From: Epiperipatus broadwayi
Lineage: Eukaryota > Animalia > Onychophora
Direction of reading: 5' to 3'
Assembly: GCA_028023455.1 (NCBI GenBank)
Contig: JAQFVV010000004.1
Span: forward strand, 17,050,001 to 17,114,000
Length of the DNA stretch: 64,000 nt
The notes beneath the pieces were generated by a model. That model was given only the letters and a program-made list of their open reading frames with translations. It did no database searches and had not been told where the DNA came from. Position numbers and translations under genes: made by a program. Every line of letters begins with the position of its first letter. Position 1 is the stretch's first letter. Positions 1 to 12,063 of this stretch are shown piece by piece.

Positions 1-1029
1 AACCAATTATAAATGTCTTTAAATTTAAAAATATAGATTTAAAATATCTTCCAAATGAATTATTTAAAGCAACTTGCTTTTGTATACATGTTTATCTGTG
101 CTTCTCTGCATATAAACACAGCAGCATATGTATAACTACTTTTTTATTCAGCTGGTGTTTCTCTTGGGAAAGCTGTTTTTTGGTCAATCCAGTCAATTAT
201 CATCATCAGGTAAAAGTATATAATTCAGGTATGGTTGGCTTTTTCCCATCTGTAGTCAGTTCCACTTATACTTGGATTTTATAAGCTTCAGGTCAGCAAG
301 CTGTTTTTCCAGAACACTTATAAGGCTATGAATTACAAAGAATCTTGACCCTTTCCTCCATGTGAATTCAAACTCCATTATTGAACTAAAGAGCAGCTAC
401 TTCCTTACATCCTTATGGTAGTTCTCTTTATAATTATATTAGCCATCTTTGCAGCTAGCTTTACTATTGCCATTCTCTGCTGCAATTACAAACTCTTCAC
501 CAAGTACTTTAGCCAACTTTGCAGTTAGCTCTTCTGCTAACCACTTCTCAAAAATATTAAAGCCAAACTTTGCAGTTGGCCTAGTTGGCCACTGCTCAAA
601 ATATTAAAACCAGACTCTTCTGGCCAACTCTTACAAAACTGCAATCAAAACTAACTGATATTTTTATCAGACTTTTTATAATCTTGGTTAGGTCATGTGA
701 TAAAAATATAGTGACTGTTTTCAATCTGTCTAATCCTTTTGAAAACAAGCTTGAAATTTTTGTCAAAGGGAGATATGCATGTTTTCACTTAGGGGATTTC
801 TAATAGATAGAAATTTTGTTTAATTAATTAAAAAATTTCCAAAATACCATACCTGTTTTTAAATTTCAAAATCAGAATAATATTAATAATACAATATTTA
901 TATTTATTTAGACCTTTTAAAAGTTTAATTTATAAAACAATATTTTAAATCAGAGTTATTATTATTTTTTTATTTCAATGAATGTAGAAAATATCTACTA
1001 CAATTTTTGTCTTACTTTATATATATATC

Positions 1030-1910
1030 AAATCAAAACTACCCCAAATCTAAAATTAAACCAGACCAGCATAAAAATAATATTAAAACACAACCTAAGG
1101 TTTCACTGCTACAAGCAGACTTCTCAAGTGTAAAGAACTACAAAAAACTACACAATATATATACTATTAAAAACTACTCACAAATCCATTCACTTTCCAT
1201 CCACCCTTAATATTAAAAGAACTCTTAAATAAGTTAATTGCTTCAGAATAATAAATTTTCAATAATAAAGACTCTTTAATTCTTCTTTTGATTTCATTTC
1301 TCTCAAAGAAGACAACCTTAGCTTCATCAAAATCAATAGTGTGGCCTGTATCTTTTTCATGGACATACAAAGCAGAAGTAAGATATCTATTTTTAACTCT
1401 ACTTTTATGAACCTTTATTCTTTCATTTAAACTCAAACTACTCTGACCTATGTAAACCTTCTTACAAAATAAGCAAGGAATAAAATATACTACACCAGGA
1501 ATAGTCTTTCTATCAAAAAGTTCTTTTGTATTATTTAATAAATTATTCAATGTAACACCCCTTTTCTAAGCAATTTTTTTTATTTCCAAACAATTTACTA
1601 TTTCTACATACAATTTTATAAGAAGACAATTTAAATGGCAAAGAAATAAAATCATATTTTTCTTTAACCTTTACATCCTTACAAATGTTACTATTAAATA
1701 AAATACTTTTAACAAATTTATCAGAGTATCCAACACTCAAGTAATCTTTATAAAATTGATATTTCTGAAACAAAGCTACCCCACTAGAATTATTTAATTT
1801 AATATTCCTATGACAATAATTCCTTAAAGCAGCTACTTTTTTTTAGGTTGTGTTTTAATATTATTTTTATGCTGGTCTGGTTTAATTTTAGATTTGGGGT
1901 AGTTTTGATT
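1030..1910 (-). mobile_element. Penelope-like element fragment (linker plus GIY-YIG endonuclease) with a partial inverted pLTR copy
   Basis: ORF 1167-1550(-) has GVVYFIPCLFCKKVYIGQS, LNERIKVH and ERNEIKRRIKESLLL, a PLE GIY-YIG pattern. ORF 1543-1773 gives the upstream linker (GYSDKFV, FISLPF). 1030-1098 is repeated inverted at ~1843-1910. Confidence 0.85.
1088..1131 (-). ncRNA. Type I hammerhead ribozyme motif, U3-A8 core variant, slightly decayed
   Basis: Minus strand reads ACAC TTGAGAA GTCTGC TTGTA GCAGT GAAA CCTTAGG T T GTGT. Stem I is ACAC/GTGT, stem II is CTGC/GCAG, stem III is near-palindromic, and the cleavage triplet is GUU. It lies in the PLE 3' region. Confidence 0.65.
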
Positions 1911-1981
1911 TTATATTGATTAGTTTAGCTTTATGCTTGTATTGTTTATATATATATATATATATAGTTTAGCTTTATGCT

Positions 1982-2012
<31 letters not shown>

Positions 2013-2285
2013 ACACACACTATATTAGTATGTTGTATGTAATCCAGCTGGTTACAATATATATATTAATTTATTGATAATTCTGTGCAATTCTTTTTCT
2101 AAAATTTAAGCAATGCAGAGATAATTTTCTAAAATTATGCCTTTATATAAGCAGCTTAAATTTTTGATGGAAATAATTAACTTTTTTTTTTTACATCTGA
2201 ATTTTTTAAAATAATAGAAGTTTTTGAATTAATATTTTGAATGTAATGTGGAAATTGTCATAAACTGGAACATTAATTTTTAAAG

Positions 2286-2520
2286 AGTCCTGCGTGGTTA
2301 GTGGAGTGTTGGGTTTTAAAGGTCAAGATCCATGAATCATAACTCCAGCTATGTCATTTCTGATGCTCAAACTGCTTATGAATTTCTGAGCAATAATTTA
2401 TTGGATTATTTTTGCTGTATATGATTCAGCATACCGGTAGAGTGATGGAATCTAGAGCTCAGTATCTATGGATGACAACTCAATTCTGTCACTTCCAGTG
2501 CTCAAACTTTGTATTCTCAA
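2286..2520 (+). mobile_element. Two decayed tRNA-derived SINE-like heads
   Basis: A-box-like gtggttagtggag and B-box-like stretches, with the shared tail tgctcaaact at ~2365 and ~2500. Confidence 0.3.
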
Positions 2521-5473
2521 GCATCAAACCATTCGATTAATTAATTTCAAGATTAAGATATATTAACATTTTACTTTTCACATATTAAATGTGATTTTCT
2601 TCTTTCTTATCTATTGTCTATAGTTTTTTGGTACTACTATCATTTTAAATTTGTTTTGATGACTCCCTCTCAGAGTATCCTGCTGTTGTAAGAAGAAACA
2701 TTTTACAAAGGCATCTGCATGATTGCAAGGCAGTAGTTTTTTTACATTATTACAAGGACGTATGAATTAGTAAGAAGCATTCAAATTTTCTGCCTAAAAC
2801 AGAAAGAGAAATTACTCCGCTTATTATTAATACTATTTTTTGTTATTTGTCAGCACAGAAAAAGAATTAATATTATTTTGAAAAATCTATGCATAATTTT
2901 GATTTTTAAGAATTATTCAGAAATTGCAAATTATTGTTCACAAAAGTTTTTAATTAAAAAATTTAAATAAATATAAAGCGGTTCAATCCTTAGAACAGAT
3001 GTTTTAGGTATTGTTCAATAAAGTTCCCACTGACAATTTGTAGCAAACAATTTTGAGATAAAATGGGACAAAAAAATTATTTGGATTTTTTTGTAGTCAC
3101 TGTTAGGAGATAATAATGTTGTAATATTCTGGTGGAATATGATTAGTAAGAAAATAAAAATATTAGACTGTAAAATTTTATCACTGCAGTTATTATCAAG
3201 TCATCAACATGCAGAGGTGATCAGTAATATCTTTTTTCAGTAGAGAAGCAATGTGCCAATCTTTGGTAGTTTTGTGGCCATATTGACCTCATATGTGGAT
3301 TATTAGAGCATAATCAAAAATCTTGATTTGTTGCTGTATATGATATTGGTATTATCCCTGTTATGCATCTTTACTATTATACCAAATCACTTATGTATCA
3401 TGAAAGCTATCAATTGACTCTGATAATGTTTTTCCCCACTTAAAAATAATAGTCAAAGACACTTGTTATCACTACTGCCTTCTCATGTTCTCATTGCTTT
3501 GGGTTAAATCCCATGATAAATCTAAGATGGCAATTTTCCATTTATGTCATTTTCTTATTTTCCATGATGACCTTGATATGATTAGTTGTAAGGATTAAGT
3601 AAATGATATTTATAACATATTAAAGTTTTTATATATCTAACATCAGCTTAGAATATATCTAAATATATATTTATACATTTAAGTATGATTATATAGTTGT
3701 GACTTATGATATTATTCTGCTATTTCCACTGATATTCTTTCTCCGGAAATTGTAATAAAACGATTATACATAAAATTTTGTTTCAAAATAAAATATGGAT
3801 AATATAGTTAGCTCATTTAGCAATATAACTGAATCTCAGTTATTTTAGATCATCTTTGTGTACATACAATTTGACTTTATGCTTTGATGGATCAGGTTGT
3901 GCAAATATTTTAAAAAAACTCTGCTCTACATTCTTCACAGATACCACTAGCTGACACTTAAATGAAATCTCATTGATCTTGCTGTGATTTTTAAAATAAT
4001 AGCAAGAATAATGCGTTACTCTTTAATCTTTTTCTGTTATAAGGGATATATAGAGAGAGACTTTTTTTTCGTTGTGAATTTAATTGAAGGGAATATTTTA
4101 TTGACATCTATCCAAAATAGAGATAGAATAATATTTATGTTTGTAGTTTTAAATTTTCTATGTAAATGTTGATCAGGGTGGTAGTAATGAGTATATAGGC
4201 TAGTCTTAATTTTATTAGAAAAATTTGTATTGTATTAAACATGTGGCATTATCCAGAATATTAAAGAATTTCATTATACTATCAATATGAAGAGTTTGAG
4301 TGGATTGGACTGATTGTGTCCAATCAGGCCCCACACTTAAAAAGTGCCCCACGCATGTCAGAGTTTATGTAATTAAAAATTGTATTAAAAAAAAGTCACT
4401 CATTATTTCAAAAATTACAATGATCATAAACATCTGTATATATTCAATACTTATATATATATATAATTATTATTATTATTATCAGTTATCTATATTACAG
4501 CACATAATTGATTAATTGCATTATAGCTTCTGCGCAATTGCAAAAAATAAAGATATGCCATGTGTTATCTTTAAAAAAATTATGTTGGCCAAATAAATTG
4601 TTTTCCTTTATTTCACTAAATTGTGAATTAGATTATTTACATAAATGTGAATTATTTTTATAGCGAGATAACTAATTTCAATAATTTAATTATTTTATAC
4701 AATGAACAGTTCAATAAACTTATTTATACTAAACTCATTATTTATTTATTTTACATAAAATATTTGTTAAAAATTTTTAGTTGTTCAATCAATTGCTTTA
4801 AAATCTTAAATGTTATTCTAAAAATATAAAGCTCTAAACTGCTAATTTACTTTGTTCATGGGAATTTAATTAATAGAAAATTATGAAAATATTTTTGAAT
4901 AATTTAATGTAAACTTAAATTTAAACTTTCAATTATTATCTGCCTTTGCAAAGAAATTTTAACATTGTAACTATTTTTTCATCAGATGTCTAATTCAAAA
5001 TGAGAAAAGATTTGGGCAGAAAATACGAAAGTGGTAATAGCAAAAACAAAATTAAGTGAAATAAGAAAAATTACAGTTAAAACGCAAAAAGTTACTTTGC
5101 ACAAATTTTTAAGAACTACCAATGAAGACATTCAATCAGAAGTGACCAATAAAGAAGATAAAAACTATTCATATAAATGAAAATGTCTCCAGAAAAAATG
5201 TTCAGGATAGTAAGATAGATATAAATAATAATCATGAAGAAATTCATTCACAAGAAGCAAACAGTATCATGGAAATAATTCAGTGTGGTGTTCCTGAAGA
5301 TAAATAAAATTTTAATGAATTATTAAATAAAACAAATGATCTTGCTACTTGGCCAGAGAAAATAATCCAGCAAATAATAGACTATTTAGTAAACAAGCAC
5401 AAGTGCGTGTGCGGCGCAACTGCTCCCAAAAGCTGTAATACAAATACAAATAGCTAACTAAAAATATTAAAAC

Positions 5474-5515
5474 AGCTGAGCGCTTTCAAAGGATTTTGCC
5501 TTCATAATCATAGCT
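5474..5515 (-). ncRNA. Type I hammerhead motif with an A3-U8 core (inverted pLTR copy)
   Basis: Minus strand reads AGCT ATGATTA T GAAGG CAAAAT CCTTT GAAA GCGC T C AGCT. Confidence 0.7.
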
Positions 5516-7217
5516 TGCTTATGTTTAAATTTATGCAAATATGCTAATTCCATCTTTTTGATAGAGAAAAACACGTGTCCTTCCTGTTTATGGCATCGCT
5601 GTCGCGAGAGATAAATAAAGCCTCTTTGATCTTTCTTTTGAGGTCATGTCTCTCTCTACATATGATGGTAGGATTGTCCGGAATGCACTCATGGTGACTT
5701 GTGCACTGGTGCTGATAAAAAACTGAATAATTAGAAGGATCGTTGCGAGCTCTATTGTACGAATACCTGTGTTGTGCCAATCGTGTGGCCAGAGATGCCC
5801 TGCTTTCCCCATAATATGTGCCTTTGCAATGGTTGTTTGGACAAGCAATGTTATATACTGTATGGGGGGTCTGTAACAGTGGGGTTTGATCTTGGGTATT
5901 GTTAATTAGATTGTTAGAATTTGGAGGGGTTCGAAAACAGAGCTGATATTTGTTGCTAAAGATGGAGTGTAGTTTCTTGTGTAAGTTGGGAATGTATGGA
6001 AGTGATAACCTGGGTTTATCCTGTGTGGCGTGAGAGCACATCGATCCAAATAGTCAGAAATGAACTTTTGACACAAAAAATAGCTCAACCACTGGTTGAC
6101 TTCATCCATGACTTTTTATGTTAGTTGGACAGCAACATTGTGGCATTCTTCAGAAACCAGTGCTTCTCCATGAAACAAGGCTGGCCTATGGGACTGCCAC
6201 TGAGTGGTGTAGTCACCAGCATCTTCCTAAACTATTATGAGAGAAAAATCATACCTAGTCTAAACCCACCATGCTTTCTAGCATACACTAGATATGTGGA
6301 TGACCTGTTCATTGCTGCCACCCCCGAGATCACTACACAGATCAAAACCGAATTAGAAGCCAACACAGCACTAATTGTTAATGTCACAACTGAAGACACT
6401 CACCAACAAGTCAAATACCTTGATGTCAAAATAAAAAGAGAAAATAACCACTGCCATTATAGCATGGCCATCAAACCGTTGGAAATCAGATGCCATACAC
6501 ACCCCCAATATCACACACCCACAGCACATAAATTATCGGGTCTAGCATCTTTTTTGCATAGAAACAGATTGTTGTGTAAAATCGAGGCAGATGCAAAAAC
6601 AAATGTAGCAGAATATAGAAATGATCTACTGAATTTAGGCTTCAGACAATCCATCATCGACAAAAAAATCTCACACATTCAGAATAAACCTCTCAACTCT
6701 CACGCCACACAGGATAAACCCAGGTTATCACTTCCATACATTCCCAATTTACACAAGAAACTACATTCCATCTTTAGCAACAAATATCAGCTCTGTTTTC
6801 GAACCCCTCCAAATTCTAACAATCTAATTAACAATACCAAAGATCAAACTCCACTGTTACAGACCCCCCATACAGTATATAACATTGCTTGTCCAAACAA
6901 CCATTGCAAAGGCACATATTATGGGGAAAGCAGGGCATCTCTGGCCACATGATTGGCACAACACAGGTATTCGTACAATAGAGCTCGCAACGATCCTTCT
7001 AATTATTCAGTTTTTTATCAGCACCAGTGCACAAGTCACCATGAGTGCATTCCGGACAATCCTACCATCGTATGTAGAGAGAGACATGACCTCAAAAGAA
7101 AGATCAAAGAGGCTTTATTTATCTCTCGCGACAGCGATGCCATAAACAGGAAGGACACGTGTTTTTCTCTATCAAAAAGATGGAATTAGCATATTTGCAT
7201 AAATTTAAACGTAAGCA

Positions 7218-7259
7218 AGCTATGATTATGAAGGCAAGATCCTTTGAAAGCGCTCAGCT
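7218..7259 (+). ncRNA. Type I hammerhead motif with an A3-U8 core (pLTR)
   Basis: AGCT ATGATTA T GAAGG CAAGAT CCTTT GAAA GCGC T C AGCT. Stem I is AGCT/AGCT, stem II is GAAGG/CCTTT, stem III is the palindrome AGCGCT, and the triplet is CUC. Confidence 0.7.
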
Positions 7260-7969
7260 GTTTTAATATTTTTAGTTAGCTATTTGTATTTGTATTACAG
7301 CTTTTGGGAGCAGTTGCGCCGCACACGCACTTGTGCTTGAATACATACATTTCCCAAAAGTAAAATTATTTGACTTAATCGGACTATTTAGTAAAAAAAA
7401 TGATTACCAAAAATTCTTGTGGATAAATTGCCCCACTAAAATAATGGAACTCATTTCTTAAAATTATCTTAAAAAAAAAATTCCATATGGCGAAATTATA
7501 TATTGTCCTTGAATAATATGTTGTTTATATAAAAGATTTTTCTATTATTTTCTATTCCATCAAGATGTGATGATTGATTTGTTCACATCAGGATTCAATA
7601 ATTGACCAAATTCTCATACCAGACTTGCAGAATATGAAAAATCAAAGCATTATTTAGTTGCAGCATTGAAAAAACTTTAAGAGAGGCTGTCAGCTGTGGA
7701 AAATATTGGCAAGGTACAATAGAAATTACTGAATCAAGAAAAATTGTAAATACATTAAGTTAACATCAGTGGTACAATTTCTAGCAGAGTGTAATTTTGC
7801 ATTTTGAGGATTTCAAAAATATAGATGATTCATAGAACTGAAACTTTTTAGGAATTATTGAACTGGTTGGGAAATTTGTTCCAATAATTCAAGACCATCT
7901 GCTATAATTAAAAAATTCTCAAATAGATGACCCAAAACAACATGAAAAGAAAATTCAATTGTAAATACT

Positions 7970-8400
7970 CTAGTGTATACATACATACCAAGGATAGTAG
8001 CCAAACTAAAGGAAATCTGCAATCAATATAATATTAGAAGAGCTTTCCAAAGCCATAACATACTTCAAGGAATCCTAATCTCTACAAAATCAAATGTGGA
8101 ATAGCTAAATAACAAAATTTGCATCTTTGGGACATTATATGAATGCAGAGGGATATATTGATGATAATAGCCATACCATTGAAAAACAATTAAAAATACA
8201 AAAAGTTATGATTAAAGAGGAAGAAGCAGATCATGCATGGACCAATGAATGTTTGCTTAATTGGGAAAAGACTGAGAACAAATGTAAAAAGAAGAAAAAT
8301 TAAACAAGTTGCTCAAATGACAATGGCAAATAATCCAATAATGTTTGAAAACCATTCATTAATCTTGTCCTTAGAAAAAATAAACAAATCAGAAGGACCA
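7970..8400 (+). mobile_element. Decayed Penelope-like GIY-YIG region (second family)
   Basis: Translates as YIPRIVAKLKEICNQYNIRRAFQSHNILQGIL..., DHAWTNECLLNWEKT and RRKIKQ, with stops. Confidence 0.6.
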
Positions 8401-8435
8401 TCTAAACTAACTATTGACTGTTGTTTTTGATAGAA

Positions 8436-8677
8436 TAGCCTCTTTGGTTAGCTGACACATTAAATTCAGTTTTACAAATCTAAAAGTTACAGGTTCAATT
8501 CTAATGCTAGCAAGGATATTAGTTAGACCAGCAACATCTGAAGAAGAGAGAAGTGTAATACCACTTTAAATTTTGTATTATATATTAATTTGTGTGTAAT
8601 TGCTCATAATTGGATATACAGTATTTGAAAAATTTAAATAAAGTTTGAATCAAGGCATTTAATAATTATTTCTAGAT
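8436..8677 (+). mobile_element. SINE-like repeat (second copy at ~11888-12063)
   Basis: Both copies share aaattcagttttacaaatctaaaa, a B-box-like ggttcaattc/gattcaattc, gagaagtgtaatacca-like and tttaataattatttctagatg-like blocks. Confidence 0.55.
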
Positions 8678-11600
8678 GATGGAAATAGTCCATTACGTTA
8701 AGATATTACATATTGTACCAGTCAAGCTAGTACATTCGCGCAACAGAATCCAGAGTCCAAGCAAAGATACCAAGCCGACCAGTATGAGATGGTTAGATCT
8801 CGAGACTGACCGCACTTCAACTCCTTCACCTGTGCTCCAAGACTCACGACCCTACGGATGACCACCTTGAAGATATATATAGATATCATTTTAACCGCGA
8901 GCCGACATAGGTCAGGGAGAAGCAATGAGACTCATAACAAAAAAAAATGGAATTTATTAACTGTATATATTTAAAACTAATTAATGCATCGGAAATCACA
9001 TATACAATACAAAGAATTTTGAATTGGATTGAAATAAATAAGATCGAGATCAGAGTAATTTATTAAATTGTATGTTTATTTTTGCAGATTAAATTTGACG
9101 ATTTTTATCTATATTATTCTTGCATTTTACAATTAAAATGCGCGTAGCATCTAACATTTTTGGAGAGCGCTTTAACCTTCTCTCCTTACAATTAAACTTA
9201 TTTTACATTTGTTATTTTATTTGATGAAGTTAAATATTGTTTTCATCATTTGCTTTATTTTCTTATTGATCAGTCACTGCATTGTAGCTATGGGGCAGAT
9301 TATGCTAATCCCTCTTATTCCATGGTTTTCAGCTAAGCAATCAGACGAAACCTTGTTTTCACATATATGTGAAACATTTAAAGTCAAATTTATCTATAAT
9401 ATTATTATTTCAAACTATTGTACATGAGACCGAAACTAGCTCTTGAATATGTCAGACAATGGCTGAAACTTAATTTAAGGGAGGAAGAGTTGGCAACCAA
9501 AAGAACCAATGCGCTATAGCGCTGGTAAACAGTTATACTAAATGTCGCTCTGCGGATGGATTAATATTTAGGGTTTTGTGATCAACACCGGAGCCCTATG
9601 ACCGATCGCCATGCTGCTAAAGAGGGTTGGGGTAGCTAACACTATTGCCTGGAATTTGACGTCAGGTCTTATTCGTGTGCGACCCAAGGAGTGTAAGAGG
9701 GATGGCCGTTCCGAGTCCCATCTTAAAGAAAAATGCAACATAACGAGAAAGTTTAAATGTATAATAAAATTATCACATCCGCCAAGCAAAAGAGTTGAAA
9801 TAATTTAATATTTAGCCACGAGAACGATAGCTAATCAGTGGAATCATTAGCGCCAACTCTAATATAGCATTTTAATAATCATATGCTATACGTGGGCGTA
9901 CTTTTAAATATTCTTTGCTTTCTAGTTTCAATCTCAAATAACACATTTGATTACGCAATTAATTAATAAAAACAAAAAAGGGGGAAAAAGTATATTTGGA
10001 GGGCTTTTACAAAATGAAATAAATAACAAATATACTTATTCAAGGCTTGGATATTGCTTAGTGAAAATTAAATTGAAATTTACTTTGGGTTAAAACAAGA
10101 TTCCCATTTTAAAATTGCCAACAAATAATTAAATAATCAAGGTCAAAGTAATAATCAGCACATAGCCAATTCTTAACAGTTATTTAAGAGGGTTTCGAAA
10201 CAGCGTGCATTAAGCTACGATAAATAATTATTAAATGAAGAGGGGTCATTCTCTCTTCTCTTTATTATTAATATTGCATGCCCGCTGTTTCGAGGCATTA
10301 GCATATAATTTATATTTAAAAAAAAACAAAAAAGAAATAAAGAAACCATAGTCACAACTGCAGTGAGAAAATTGAAAATAAAATTATTAAAATCATTTAG
10401 TTAGGAAACATTAGAAAGTAGGTCAGAATTATATAATTAAATTTAAGAATAAAATTTTACGTTTAGCAATTTACTTGAATTCAAGATTTTAGAATTAAAA
10501 TACATTTTATAAGTCTAGACTTAAAGAAAAATTAAAATATTGAACTGCAGTTAGAAATGGTGAGATTACCGGTCATCTTGTAGTACTTGAGCTGGAGTTA
10601 CGGGAGTCTTTGTGGCGGCTTGCGGCATCATCTTCTTCCCACGGTTAGAGCGGAGATGTTATGGCGGCATACTGGTGATGGTGGTTTTTGGATGGAAGTA
10701 GAGGCCCGTCGCCTTCACTCTGGAGCTTAGCCAAGGCTGCCTGTTTTAGCCCGACATTTTCTCTCGCACAGATATAAAAATTATTGTCTTAACTGGATGT
10801 CAAAATGTTCACGGTTGCTTTTGGCTCAGGATACACGCTGGATTCAAAAGCTTAACGATGATCAAAGAAGGCAAAAATTCACAGATGTAGCATTCAAGCT
10901 GTAAAGATTTCAAAGATTCAAAGCTGTCAAGGTTTCAAAAAAGTAAAGTTCTAAGATGGCTCCTCCACTTTACATGGCCTTTTTAAAAAAATGATCCCTT
11001 ATCAGCCCACACACCTTGGAATTTCGTCTCCATCAAGATTACAAAATTTTTAATTTGCTTATTCAATTAGTGGTTGATTTCAAACATGCTGACATTCCTT
11101 TTAGGTGTTATACCTTTTCTCTGATTATCAAATTTTAATTAAATCGAATTTTAATCAGTTTAATCCGATATTAGATTTTATTTTAATTAGTCAGGAATTT
11201 TGTTCTGATTTTATAATTTATGTGTAAAATCCCTGCTGTAAACACATTTTTAATTAGCGAGGTCTCCAAAATAATTTAGAATCAATTAGCTAGATTATTT
11301 TAAAATTGGCTTTTCTTTTTAGAAACCTAAGGCAGGTGTGGCATATACTGATACAATTGTTTACAGCAAAAACTTTACTAAACTTTTAATTCTACGAAAA
11401 TACTTTTATTTTTAGAAAAAAAAAATCTTTTTTTCTTTTTAAAAAGAAGCTTGTCAGCGCATTTGCAATCAATCACCCTTTCAATGTGTTTTTACATTAA
11501 ATTGGTTTATAATAAAAATGAAACTTAAAATTTAATAAATATTTTAATCACGCCACTATGCTATATATATATATATTCAATATAGGTGGATTATATTCCC

Positions 11601-11887
11601 ACATACGAATTTAAGTAATAAATTAATAAATTGACGCTACATTATTACTGTTTAAAAATATTACGCGATAAAATTATACGCTATAACTCTGGCAATACTA
11701 TTCAATTATAGCGTTCTTTCGTATGTGCATATATAATGCTGTTTATATAGCCGTGATTGCAATTTTTAGCTTACAAATCTTAATTTAGACTTATTAAACA
11801 GGTTTGAACTTAGCACAGACAAGTGGGTTATTAGGATGGTTGGTGAAACGGTGAGGGATTTGAAGACAACCGTTTCAATATGTCATC

Positions 11888-12063
11888 ATAAATTCAGTTT
11901 TACAAATCTAAAAATCATAGATTCAATTCCCATGCTAAAAAAGATACTAGCTAGACCAATAGTATCCGAAAAAGAGAAGAGTGTAATACCATTTGCAATA
12001 TTGTATTATTTACTAATTTGTAACAGTTGAATTTTCAAAGGCCTTTAATAATTATTTCTAGAT
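11888..12063 (+). mobile_element. SINE-like repeat, same family as 8436-8677
   Basis: Direct similarity to the 8.4-kb copy over ~170 bp, with an internal deletion. Confidence 0.55.

Larger units (their letters stand above)
5394..7381 (+). mobile_element. Penelope-like element, 5'-truncated within RT, with an inverted duplicate of its 3' end and a 14-bp TSD
   Basis: ORF 6125-6952 has RT motifs QGWPMGLPLSG and YTRYVDD, then a GIY-YIG domain (HTVYNIACPNNHCKGTYYGES) that continues in 6953-7189. 5394-6036 is a near-identical reverse complement of 6697-7339. gactatttagtaaa occurs at both 5380-5393 and 7382-7395. Confidence 0.92.
5000..7960 (+). pseudogene. hAT-superfamily / ZMYM1-like transposase relic interrupted by a Penelope insertion
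   Basis: Fragments translate as MRKDLGRKYESG (~5000), DLATWPEKIIQQIIDYLV (5340-5393), DLFTSGFNN*PNSHTRLAEYEKSKH (TTF-type Zn finger, ~7575-7650) and FLGIIELVGKFVPIIQDHL (~7845-7900). There are many stops and frameshifts. Confidence 0.7.

Noticed and set aside
165-310. Minus-strand CTGATGA near aaaacagct repeats as a hammerhead
   Set aside because: No stem II and no GAAA can be built; at best it is a fully decayed pLTR.
585-803. Short ORF-track ORFs here and most other 60-100 aa AT-rich ORFs
   Set aside because: They have low-complexity I/F/K/N/L composition or are antisense shadows of TE ORFs, with no recognisable motifs.
2674-2758. YPAVVRRNIL... as an upstream TBC1D32 exon
   Set aside because: Only YPA resembles the recalled orthologue, and I could not link the phases.
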